The translations under genes and the position numbers were made by a program. A stretch of 64,000 bases of DNA from positions 160,001-224,000 of the forward strand of contig CAVVJT010000010.1 of the NCBI GenBank assembly GCA_963748625.1, in the 5' to 3' direction. This document shows, in pieces, positions 54,166 through 62,682 of the stretch. The stretch is from an uncultured Chloroflexia bacterium. Lineage in GTDB: Bacteria; Chloroflexota; Limnocylindria; Limnocylindrales; CSP1-4. The notes beneath the pieces are model-generated. The model saw only the letters and a list, made by a program, of their open reading frames with translations, ran no database searches and was not told the origin of the DNA. The first letter of the stretch is position 1, and the number at the start of each line of letters is the position of its first letter.

Positions 54166-55992
54166 TCAGGGATACACGGTGACGGCCGGGTTCACGTGCC
54201 GCTCAGGCACGAGGTCCGGGGTCGTGATGGCGTCGTGGGCGATGCGCCGGAAGAGCTCGAACGACATCACCGGCATCTCCAGCTGGCCGACCCGGACAAC
54301 GGTGGGCTGGCCCTCCTCGATCCGCACCGCGACCACCAGGTCGGGCTTCGCCTTCTCGCGTGCGATGTAGCCGACGAACGAGTAGTTGAACAGGTTGACC
54401 TTCCACCTGCCCTTCTCGGAGTCCCAGATCTGCGCGGTGCCGGTCTTGCCGCCCACCTCGAACCCGGGCACCCTTGTGCGGCCGCGGTAGAAGTCCACCT
54501 CGCTGATGACGTGCTTCATCATCCCCGTGAGCGTGAGTGACAGGTCGTCGGTCATCAACCGGCCCTTCACGATCGGTGCGGTCTCGCGCTCGCCCACGCT
54601 CTTGACGACCCGGGGCTGGACCAGCACGCCGCCGTTGAGCATGGCGCCAAAGGCCTGCGCAAGCTGGACCGGGGTCACGGCCACGCCCTGGCCGAAGGCG
54701 CCGTTCGCGAGATCGATCTGGCGCCACTCCTTCGTCGCGGGGTCGCGCACGATGCCTGGCACCTCGTTGGCAACGTCGATGCCCGTGGCCCGCCCGAAGC
54801 CGAACTGGGTCCAGGTCTCGTGCAACCGCCTGGACGCGGCCTCGGTCGTCTTGCCGAGCCGCAGCGCCGCCTTCGCGGCCACGACGTTGCGCGAGTAGGC
54901 GATCGCGTCCTCGAAGGTCATCCTGCCCCTGGCCTTGCGGTCCGCGTCATCGACCTTCGCGGTATGCCCGTCGAGCCACAGCGTGCCCGTGTCGTTGAAC
55001 TTGGTCTTCGTGGTCACCTTCCCGCTGGCCAGCACCGCCGCGGCCGTGAACATCTTGAACACGGAGCCCGGCTCGTACACCGTGGACACGATGGGGTCCA
55101 CGAACCGGCCGGGGTCCTCGGCGGCGACCGACCGGTACTCGTTCGCGTCGTAGGAGGGGTAGCTCCCGTAGGCGAAGACCTCGCCGGTGTACGGGTCCAT
55201 GACCACCGCGGACACGCGCTTGGCGCGGTCCGCGACCCAGGCAGCGAGCAGCTCCTGCTCGAGCGCGACCTGGAGCGACGCGTCGATCGTGAGGGTCAGG
55301 TTCTGGCCCGGATACCCCTGCTCCAGCACCGACGAGGTGTCCGGCACGGCATTGCCGAAGGCGTCCTGCTGCGCGGCCACGAACGTGGACATGCCCGCCA
55401 GGTCGTCCTGGTAGAACTGCTCCACCCCGTACTGCCCGAGACCCTCCCGGTTCACAAAGCCCAGGAGGTGGGCGGCCAGCGTGGTCCGTGGACCACCGCC
55501 CGACTGCGGGTACAGGCGCACCGACTGCGGGTCGAGGATGAGGCCGGCCAGCACTGGATCCTTGCCGCCGGAGAGCTCGCGGATCCGCTCCGAGATCTCC
55601 GGGTCGAGGTCGCGGGCGAGGACCGTGTACTCCGCCTCCGAGGTCATCCGCTGGCGCAGCGTCGCGGCCGCCTCATCGGTCAGGCCGAGCAGGGCCACAA
55701 GGCGGTCGGCCACCGCTTCCCGCCGGGCGGGGGACAGCAGCTTGGGGTTGGCCGCGAGCCGGTCGCGGGACACCGAGGTGGCCAGCACGACGGTGCCGGT
55801 GCGGTCGTAGATGGATCCGCGCTCGGCAGGGATCTCGTAGCTCATCGACGACTGCTGGACGGCCATCGCCGCCAACTCGTCGCGCCGGATGATCTGCCAG
55901 TTCGCGAGACGCAGCACGAGACTCCCCGCGAACACCACGAACACGAGGAGGAGGAGGATCAGGCGCGTGCGCGAATCGGTCCGGCCCAGCAT
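54166..55992 (-). CDS. ftsI: Class B penicillin-binding protein (FtsI/PBP2 type)
   Basis: N-terminal TM, RGSIYDR, SxxK (SVFK), SxN (SRN), KTG. Confidence 0.9.
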   Translation of the reverse strand: MLGRTDSRTRLILLLLVFVVFAGSLVLRLANWQIIRRDELAAMAVQQSSMSYEIPAERGSIYDRTGTVVLATSVSRDRLAANPKLLSPARREAVADRLVALLGLTDEAAATLRQRMTSEAEYTVLARDLDPEISERIRELSGGKDPVLAGLILDPQSVRLYPQSGGGPRTTLAAHLLGFVNREGLGQYGVEQFYQDDLAGMSTFVAAQQDAFGNAVPDTSSVLEQGYPGQNLTLTIDASLQVALEQELLAAWVADRAKRVSAVVMDPYTGEVFAYGSYPSYDANEYRSVAAEDPGRFVDPIVSTVYEPGSVFKMFTAAAVLASGKVTTKTKFNDTGTLWLDGHTAKVDDADRKARGRMTFEDAIAYSRNVVAAKAALRLGKTTEAASRRLHETWTQFGFGRATGIDVANEVPGIVRDPATKEWRQIDLANGAFGQGVAVTPVQLAQAFGAMLNGGVLVQPRVVKSVGERETAPIVKGRLMTDDLSLTLTGMMKHVISEVDFYRGRTRVPGFEVGGKTGTAQIWDSEKGRWKVNLFNYSFVGYIAREKAKPDLVVAVRIEEGQPTVVRVGQLEMPVMSFELFRRIAHDAITTPDLVPERHVNPAVTVYP

Positions 55993-56011
55993 CGTCGGCG
56001 GTTCCTGGCGG

Positions 56012-56407
56012 CTACTTGGGCGCGATGACTTCGGGCTCGGACAGCGGGCCCAGGCCGGCGTCGATCGCCTGCTTGCGGATCGCCGGCGCCTTGCCGAGGC
56101 GGTTCAGCTCGTTGTGGAGATCCTCCACCCGGTTGTCCAGCTGCATCCGCTTGGCTGCGAGGCGGTCCATCTCGTAGCCGGTGGCCGACACGCGGATGTC
56201 CTGCGACAGCGAGAAGAAGGCACCCGCGAAGAGCACCACGATCACGGCCAGCAGGATGCTGATGTGCGACGGTCCCCGGCGGGCGCGGACGGCCGCACGC
56301 ATGCGGCGGCGAGGCAGCGCCGGGGCCTGGACCTCCACGCGGGGCGCACGGGGCGCGCGCGGGAGGACGACGGTGCGCGGTGCTCGCGCACCCTGGTAGA
56401 CAGCCAT
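56012..56407 (-). CDS. FtsL-like division protein
   Basis: Basic N-terminus, one TM, coiled coil, AIDAGLG end; directly upstream of ftsI. Confidence 0.7.
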   Translation of the reverse strand: MAVYQGARAPRTVVLPRAPRAPRVEVQAPALPRRRMRAAVRARRGPSHISILLAVIVVLFAGAFFSLSQDIRVSATGYEMDRLAAKRMQLDNRVEDLHNELNRLGKAPAIRKQAIDAGLGPLSEPEVIAPK

Positions 56408-56410
56408 CGA

Positions 56411-56608
56411 TCAGTCGCCGGTGGCGTAGTGCAGCCGGGGCGTGCGGGGATCGATGAACGCGAGACGGTCGGCAATGCCGGAGGCGGCCAGGTCGTCGAG
56501 CGCCAGGCCGAGATCATCGGGCTGGTTGTCGCGCTGGCGGCGCTCGTACAGCTCGTGCTGGCGGCGGCCGTAGTTCTTGCGGCGATTGGACTGGTGACGC
56601 TTGCTCAC
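56411..56608 (-). CDS. Small hypothetical protein (65 aa) inside the dcw cluster
   Basis: RBS GGAGGAGGAG, GC3-biased codons, stop 3 nt before the ftsL-like start. Confidence 0.7.
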   Translation of the reverse strand: MSKRHQSNRRKNYGRRQHELYERRQRDNQPDDLGLALDDLAASGIADRLAFIDPRTPRLHYATGD

Positions 56609-56723
56609 GGGACTCCTCCTCCGTGGGCTCGGGCCGGCGTCCCCGCTGGGGGCCGGATCGACAGTGGCGCGGGTCGGCGCGTGGGGCTGTCGGTCTTCTC
56701 CTCCTCGTCCTCCTCTGGTCTGG

Positions 56724-57668
56724 TCAGGCCGCGAGCCGCTCGGCGGCGCGCAGGCGCGCGCTCCGGGCCCGGGGGTTGGCGTCGATCTCGGCCTCGGTGG
56801 GGACCAGCGACGGGCGGGTCACGAGGCGCAGGCGGGGTGTCTTGCCGCAGATGCACACGGGCGCCGACGGCGGACAGGTGCAGCCCCGCCGCTCGGCGTT
56901 GAGGAACTGCTTGACGATGCGGTCCTCCAGCGAGTGGTAGGACAGCACGACGATCCGGCCACCCGGGCGCAGCAGGTCCACGGCGGCGGCCAGGCCCTCC
57001 TCGAGGGCGTCGAGCTCCTCGTTGACGGCGATCCGCAGGGCCTGGAACACGCGCGTCGCAGGATGGGTGCGGCGCGGCTGCCGCGGGTTGCCCGGCACGA
57101 CGCGCTCCACGAGCGCCGCCAGGTCCTCCGCTGACTCGATGGGCTCTGTCGCCCGCGCGGCCACGATGGCCTTGGCGATTCTCCACGCGGCCGGCTCCTC
57201 GCCGTACTTGCGGAACAGCGCAGCGAGGTCGTCCGCCGAGAGCGTGGCCAGCAGCTTCGAGGCGGGGACACCGCGATCGGTGTCGAACCGCATGTCCAGG
57301 GGGCCGCCGGCGCGGAACCCGAACCCCCGGGCGCGGTCGGCGAGCTGGTAGGACGAGAGTCCCAGGTCGAAGAAGGCGCCGTCGACCGCGCCGAACCCGG
57401 CGGCAGGGGCCACCTCGGCCAGCTCGCGGAAGTTCGCCTGGCGGAGGACGAGGCGATCGCCGAAGCGCGCCAGCCGCTCCCCCACCCGGGCAATGGCCAG
57501 CCGGTCGGCGTCGAGTCCGAGGACTCGCCCGTCGGGGCTGGCGGCCTCCAGGATCCGCTCGGTGTGCCCACCGCCGCCGAGCGTGGCATCGATCTGCAGG
57601 CTGCCGGGTGCCGGGGCCAGGGTCTCGAGGACCTCGGCCGGCATCACCGGCGTGTGCCCTTCCTGCAT
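56724..57668 (-). CDS. rsmH: 16S rRNA m4C1402 methyltransferase
   Basis: HTPVM, DATLGGGGH, DLGLSSYQL, PLDMR, HPATRVFQALRIAVN, YHSLEDRIVK, NPRARSARLR. Confidence 0.96.
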   Translation of the reverse strand: MQEGHTPVMPAEVLETLAPAPGSLQIDATLGGGGHTERILEAASPDGRVLGLDADRLAIARVGERLARFGDRLVLRQANFRELAEVAPAAGFGAVDGAFFDLGLSSYQLADRARGFGFRAGGPLDMRFDTDRGVPASKLLATLSADDLAALFRKYGEEPAAWRIAKAIVAARATEPIESAEDLAALVERVVPGNPRQPRRTHPATRVFQALRIAVNEELDALEEGLAAAVDLLRPGGRIVVLSYHSLEDRIVKQFLNAERRGCTCPPSAPVCICGKTPRLRLVTRPSLVPTEAEIDANPRARSARLRAAERLAA

Positions 57669-57729
57669 CTCTCCTCCACGGTCAGGTTGCGGATCCCGAG
57701 CGGACCCTGGAAGCGCATGTGGTTCGACG

Positions 57730-58167
57730 TCAGATCCCCAGGTTCGCGATGGCGGCCGCGAAGTCATCCGGATCCCGGAGCTTCTCGTCGTAGCCGTCCC
57801 AGCGCTTCGGCGTCCAGAGCTCGATCCGGTCCTGGACGCCCAGGACCACCGTCTCGCCCTCGAGCTGCGCGTACTCGCGAAGGTGTGCGGGGACCAGGAT
57901 CCGGCCCTGCTTGTCCATGGGCTCCTCACTCGCCCCACCGAAGATGTGGCGCTGGAGGAGGCGGGCATTCGGGTCGGTGAACGGCAGAGCTCCCACCTTC
58001 GCCGCGATCGAATCCCACTTGGCGGCTGGGAAGATCGCGAGGCACCCGTCGATCCAGCGGGCAACCGTGCACCCGCCGACTAGCTCGCCGCGGAACTTCG
58101 CGGGCACGGCAAGCCGGCCCTTGTCATCCACTGCGTGCCGAAACGTGCCTTTGAACTCGCTGGGCAC
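57730..58167 (-). CDS. mraZ: Division/cell wall cluster repressor MraZ
   Basis: DDKGRLAVPAKFR and DKQGRILVP repeats. Confidence 0.95.
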   Translation of the reverse strand: MPSEFKGTFRHAVDDKGRLAVPAKFRGELVGGCTVARWIDGCLAIFPAAKWDSIAAKVGALPFTDPNARLLQRHIFGGASEEPMDKQGRILVPAHLREYAQLEGETVVLGVQDRIELWTPKRWDGYDEKLRDPDDFAAAIANLGI

Positions 58168-58243
58168 CCGTCCGTCTCCCTGACGTCAGGCGGCGCGCTG
58201 GCGGTCTGATCAACCCCTGGTTCTGGGTCCGGTCACCCGGATC

Positions 58244-58273
58244 CTCCCCACTTTCCACCACTTTGCGCCACTT
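58244..58273 (-). promoter_or_regulatory. MraZ-binding repeats
   Basis: Three AAGTGG units at 10-bp period (aaGTGGcgca aaGTGGtgga aaGTGGggag) just downstream of the dcw promoter. Confidence 0.85.
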
Positions 58274-58278
58274 CGGGC

Positions 58279-58306
58279 ATTCTAGCGCCCGAACCCGCCC
58301 CGTCAA
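58279..58306 (-). promoter_or_regulatory. Sigma70 promoter of the dcw operon
   Basis: TTGACG-N16-TAGAAT. Confidence 0.75.
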
Positions 58307-58590
58307 TGGCGAAATCGCACGCAGGACTGGCGCTGGGGGGCGAATCGGCACAACCGCGACCGTGGCGTGCACGGGCAGCGGGCCAACCAGCGCGTGCCCT
58401 GTCGATTCCGCCCGGCCAGGGAGCCAGAGCGCGCCCGCCAGGCCCGTGGACCCCCAGCCACGACCCGGTGGGAGAGCAGGTGTCGCACGGCACTCGACGG
58501 TTCGCCCGGCCAGCGTGCATCGGCACGGCGTGCATCCACGCGACGTGCAGCCCAGCGCACAGCGTCCAGGGGCGCGCGGGGAGCGCCAGG

Positions 58591-59286
58591 TCAGCGCGGA
58601 GGCAGGAACCGGTACCCGAGGCGGCGCTCGGTCTGGATGTAGCGCGGATGCTCCGGGTCGTCACCGAGCTTGTCGCGCAGTCGGCGGATGTACACGCGGA
58701 CGTAATCCGTCTCGTCCACGTACTCGCGACCCCAGACCTTCGCCAGCAGCGTCCCGTGCTGGAGGACATGCCCGACGTTGCGGACCAGGTGGTACAGCAG
58801 CTTGTACTCGGTCGGCGTGAGGTCGAGGCGCTCGCCGCGCAATCGGGCCTCCTGGCGTGCGAAGTCCACCTCGAGGTCACCGGAGCAGAACGACGGGGCG
58901 CGGCTGGCCGGTGCGGGCATGTCGTGGCGGCGCAGGACCGCTCGCACGCGGGCCATCAGCTCGAGGTGGTTGAAGGGCTTCGTGACGTAGTCGTCGGCTC
59001 CCAGCTCCAGGCCCTTCACCTTGTCCAGCGCGTCGTCGCGGGCGGTGAGCATCACCACCGGCACGTCCGAGAACTCACGGAGCTCGCGAAGGATGTCGAA
59101 CCCGTCCCGACCGGGCAGCCCGATGTCGAGCAGCACGATGTCGGGCGCTTCGTGCTCGACGATGTCGAGGGCCCGCTCGCCGTCGCCGGCGCCAAGGACA
59201 TCGACCTCGCGCCACTGGAGGGCAAAGCCGAGGCGCACGGACTCGACCACGTCTGGCTCATCGTCCACGACGAGGATGCGCATCAT
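58591..59286 (-). CDS. OmpR/PhoB family response regulator
   Basis: ILVVDDE, LLDIGLP, GADDYVTKPF, LTPTEY, VRVYIRRLRDKL, GYRF. Confidence 0.94.
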   Translation of the reverse strand: MMRILVVDDEPDVVESVRLGFALQWREVDVLGAGDGERALDIVEHEAPDIVLLDIGLPGRDGFDILRELREFSDVPVVMLTARDDALDKVKGLELGADDYVTKPFNHLELMARVRAVLRRHDMPAPASRAPSFCSGDLEVDFARQEARLRGERLDLTPTEYKLLYHLVRNVGHVLQHGTLLAKVWGREYVDETDYVRVYIRRLRDKLGDDPEHPRYIQTERRLGYRFLPPR

Positions 59287-60305
59287 GGCGCGTCCTCCTC
59301 CGGACCCGCCGTCGGCACCACGAGGCCGAAGCGGCTCCCCTCGCCCACCACGCTCGTGACCTCGATCGTCCCCCCGTGGGCCTGGGCGATCGCGAGGGCG
59401 GTCGGCAGACCAAGGCCAACCCCTTCGCGCGGGCCGGTCCGGTCACTTCGGCCTACGAAGAACCGCTCGAAGAGACGAGCCTGGTCCGCCTCGTGAATGC
59501 CCGGGCCGTCGTCCGCCACGCTCCATGCCGTGTCATCCGCACGCCGGTCCACGGTGACCCGGATCTCGCCGCCGGTGGGTGAGAAGCGCTGGGCGTTGGC
59601 GACGAGGTTCACGAGTGCCTGCTCAAGGCGCCGGCGGTCACCATAAACGCGGTGGTCGCCGCCGACGCGCACGTCGAGGGAGATCCGCTGGCCGCGCGTG
59701 GCGGCCATGGGCTCGACGACGGCGATCGCGGACTCTGCGAGCGCAGCCGCCCCGAATCGGCGCAGCTGCAGCGTGACGTGGCCGGCCCGGAAGCGGGAGA
59801 GCTCGAGGATGTCGTCCACCAGGCGCTGCATCCGGTCCCCGTTACGCTCGATCGCCGCCAACAGCGCGCGACGCTGGTCGTCGGTGGGGGCCGACGTCGG
59901 GTCGAGCAGCAGGCCGACGCTGGTCCGGACAGCGGTCAGGGGCGTACGCAGCTCGTGGGCGATCGTGGACAGCAGGTCGGTTCGAAGGCGCTCGAGCTCC
60001 TCGAGCGGGATCGCCGCCTCGCCATGGATCGCGACCTCCATCGAGCGCTGGCCCAGTGAGGTCGCGACGTAGCGCGCGCTCTGCCCGGCGCGCCGGGAGG
60101 CGCGCACGAGGCCCAGGCGGGCGAGCTCGCGCAGGAGTTTCTCGGCCACGTGTGGCTCCAGCACGGCGCCTTGCCCAGCGAACCGGGAGCGGAGGTCCGC
60201 CGCTGTGGCCGACGGGGGCACGAGCGCCAAGGCCGCCGTCAGCAACGGGGAGCGCGGCGGGGCCTGGGCAGACTCGGCCGCCCCGGGAGCAGAGGACAGC
60301 GGCAT
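59283..60305 (-). CDS. Soluble histidine kinase with N-terminal winged-helix-like domain
   Basis: H-box AHELRTPL, N-box NLVANA, DDGPGI, LFERFF, GVGLGL; no TM segment; TATGCT -10 6 nt before the ATG. Confidence 0.88.
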   Translation of the reverse strand: MPLSSAPGAAESAQAPPRSPLLTAALALVPPSATAADLRSRFAGQGAVLEPHVAEKLLRELARLGLVRASRRAGQSARYVATSLGQRSMEVAIHGEAAIPLEELERLRTDLLSTIAHELRTPLTAVRTSVGLLLDPTSAPTDDQRRALLAAIERNGDRMQRLVDDILELSRFRAGHVTLQLRRFGAAALAESAIAVVEPMAATRGQRISLDVRVGGDHRVYGDRRRLEQALVNLVANAQRFSPTGGEIRVTVDRRADDTAWSVADDGPGIHEADQARLFERFFVGRSDRTGPREGVGLGLPTALAIAQAHGGTIEVTSVVGEGSRFGLVVPTAGPEEDAP

Positions 60306-60324
60306 GGATGGAGCATAGACGGCT

Positions 60325-60771
60325 TCAGCCCACATCGACGATGCGAGCCTCCCAGGTGCCGCCCGGTGCGAGGACCGTGCACCGGTCACCGGCACGCCGC
60401 TCCAGGAGCGCCATCCCAAGCGGAGTGTCCGCCCCGAGCCAGCCACGGTCCGGATCTCCGTCCGCGGGCAGCACGAGCCTGAACCTGGCCGACTCGTCGT
60501 CATCCGTCTCGATCGTCACCCGCCGGCCAATGACGACAACATCCGGCCTGCTGGTGATACGAGCCCGATCGAGGACGTCCCGAAGGGCGCCGAGCCGCTG
60601 GACTGCCACGCCTGCAAGGCGTTCGCTGCAGGCCACCCGGGAGGTCCCGGCACGCAACGCCGCCAGCTCGTCCTCGAGCGAGCGGATCTCGGCCCGCAGG
60701 GCAGCCGCCGCATGCGCCGTCATGGGCCAACTCACGGACTTCTGGGCAAAGCGGACGACGGTCGCGGACAC
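60325..60771 (-). CDS. GreA/GreB-family protein with shortened coiled coil
   Basis: C-terminal VVIGRRVTI..GDPDRGWLGADTPLGMALL..APGG matches the Gre C-domain; no GDLSENAEY tip. Confidence 0.78.
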   Translation of the reverse strand: MSATVVRFAQKSVSWPMTAHAAAALRAEIRSLEDELAALRAGTSRVACSERLAGVAVQRLGALRDVLDRARITSRPDVVVIGRRVTIETDDDESARFRLVLPADGDPDRGWLGADTPLGMALLERRAGDRCTVLAPGGTWEARIVDVG

Positions 60772-60891
60772 GCGGACTCCCGGTGATGGCGGGGCCGCCC
60801 GGAACCCGGGGCCGGCCCCATGGTGCGGGCGTCGGGGAGAACACCCACGGTCATCGTCGCCCCAGCAGGGAAACGTGGCCCACGTATCCGC

Positions 60892-60939
60892 GTGAACGCC
60901 GTGTGAACAGGACCCCGACCGTGTTCACGGCCGGTTCAC
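60892..60939. promoter_or_regulatory. Two oppositely oriented GTTCAC-N5-GTTCAC tandem boxes (OmpR/PhoB-type operator candidates)
   Basis: GTGAAC at 60892 and 60903; GTTCAC at 60923 and 60934; 11-bp period in both pairs. Confidence 0.6.
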
Positions 60940-61010
60940 CCACGTCCCCCCGCCCGTTGCCACGGCCCGACGACGCTGGGTCCACCCAGCAGCCCCACCG
61001 GAGCCGCCAC

Positions 61011-62306
61011 ATGACCACGGAGACACTGAGCGCCGTCGCCGGCGCCAACGCACCAGCCACGGCGGGCGGGCGCGCCCTGGCGGCCGCCCTGGCCCAGTAC
61101 GATGCTGCCGCCGACCACCTCGGCCTCGAACCTGGACTCCGGGAGGTGCTGCGCCACCCCCAGCGGGAGGTCCAGGTCCGCTTCCCGGTCAAGCTCGATG
61201 ACGGCCGCGTTCGGGTCTTCACCGGGTACCGGGTCCAGCACAACGTGGCCCGTGGACCCGCCAAGGGGGGCCTCCGCTTCCATCCCCAGGCCGATCTCGA
61301 CGACGTGCGCGCTCTCGCCATGTGGATGTCCTGGAAGTGCGCCCTGGTCAACGTCCCGTTCGGGGGAGCCAAGGGCGGGGTTACCTGCGACCCCCACGCA
61401 ATGAGCGTCAAGGAGCTCGAGGCCGTGACCCGGCGGTTCGCCACCGAGCTGCAGTCGGTCGTCGGGCCGGACCGCGACATCCCGGCCCCGGACGTGGGCA
61501 CGAATGCGCAGGTGATGGCGTGGTTCATGGACACGGTGTCCATGCATGCCGGGTATTCGGTCCCGGGCGTGGTGACCGGCAAGCCACTCTCGATCGGGGG
61601 CTCGGTCGGTCGGGCTGAAGCAACAGGGCGTGGCGTGCTGATCACGGTCGAGGATGCTGCGCGCCGGCTGGGCTTCGGGCTGCGAGGTGCGACCGTCGCC
61701 GTGCAGGGTTTCGGCAACGTGGGCGAGGCGGCGGCACGCCTGCTGCATGCCGCCGGCGCGCGCGTCGTGGCGATCACCGATGTCGGCGGCGGCGTCCACG
61801 ACCCGGACGGGCTCGATGTGCCGGCCCTCGGTCGCCGCTTCCGGGAGCACGGCACCATCGCCGGCACACCAGGCACCCGGCCGATCGGCAATGAGGCCCT
61901 CTTCGCGCTCGAGGTGGACGTCCTGGTGCTGGCCGCGCTCGAAGGCCAGATCACGGCGGCCAACGCCGGACGAGTGCGGGCACGGATCCTCGCCGAGGGC
62001 GCCAACGGCCCCGTCGATCCGTCCGCCGACCCGATCCTGCACGCCCTGGGCGTCACCGTCGTCCCGGACATCCTCTGCAACGCCGGCGGCGTGATCGTCA
62101 GCTACTTCGAATGGGCGCAGAACCGCGCGGCCCTCGCCTGGACCGAGGACGAGGTGAACGAGCGCCTGCGCCGCCAGATCCTCTCGGCCGCCGACTCGGT
62201 GTGGCATCGGGCCACGGCCGAGAGGATCACCACGCGGCTCGCCGCCCATGCCCTCGCCGTCGAGCGCGTGGCCGAGGCCACCCGCGTCCGCGGGCTCTAT
62301 CCCTGA
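61011..62306 (+). CDS. gdhA: Glu/Leu/Phe/Val dehydrogenase (glutamate dehydrogenase type)
   Basis: GPAKGGLRF, PFGGAKGG, DIPAPDVGT, QGFGNVG, EGANGP, NAGGVIVSYFEW. Confidence 0.9.
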   Translation: MTTETLSAVAGANAPATAGGRALAAALAQYDAAADHLGLEPGLREVLRHPQREVQVRFPVKLDDGRVRVFTGYRVQHNVARGPAKGGLRFHPQADLDDVRALAMWMSWKCALVNVPFGGAKGGVTCDPHAMSVKELEAVTRRFATELQSVVGPDRDIPAPDVGTNAQVMAWFMDTVSMHAGYSVPGVVTGKPLSIGGSVGRAEATGRGVLITVEDAARRLGFGLRGATVAVQGFGNVGEAAARLLHAAGARVVAITDVGGGVHDPDGLDVPALGRRFREHGTIAGTPGTRPIGNEALFALEVDVLVLAALEGQITAANAGRVRARILAEGANGPVDPSADPILHALGVTVVPDILCNAGGVIVSYFEWAQNRAALAWTEDEVNERLRRQILSAADSVWHRATAERITTRLAAHALAVERVAEATRVRGLYP

Positions 62307-62332
62307 TCGGAACCACTCCAGGAGGATCGCTC

Positions 62333-62575
62333 ATGCGCGTCTACGCCAGCCCCCGCCGCGGCCACTGTGCCTCGTGCGACGGCGCCATCACCGGCCGGCC
62401 GGTCTACTTCATGGACGAGACCTACTGCTGCCTCGGTTGCTCCGGCGGAGGACCGTGCGTCTGCACCTACGAGGCCGACCTGGCCGAGGACGGCGTGGAC
62501 CACCTCGGCCTGCCGTTCGCCGTCGCCGGGGTGGCCCGCGAGGAGGAGCGGGAGGGGATCGCGGCCAGGACCTGA
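62333..62575 (+). CDS. Small Cys-rich, probably metal-binding protein (80 aa)
   Basis: HCASC-x16-CCLGC-x5-CVC; RBS AGGAGG. Confidence 0.8.
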   Translation: MRVYASPRRGHCASCDGAITGRPVYFMDETYCCLGCSGGGPCVCTYEADLAEDGVDHLGLPFAVAGVAREEEREGIAART

Positions 62576-62593
62576 CCTTCACATGGCGTCATG

Positions 62594-62623
62594 CGGGCCC
62601 GTCCGGCCAACCGGGCGGGCCTG
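62594..62623 (+). terminator. Probable terminator hairpin
   Basis: CGGGCCCGTCCGG-CCAA-CCGGGCGGGCCTG followed by TTCC. Confidence 0.5.
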
Positions 62624-62682
62624 TTCCGTGTCCCTGGACCCGGCCGGGGCATCGCCGGGATCCCGGGAACGACCGGCGGACC

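Noticed and set aside
58310-58590. ncRNA or small CDS between the dcw promoter and the response regulator
   Set aside because: No convincing RBS, codon bias or recognisable RNA motif by eye
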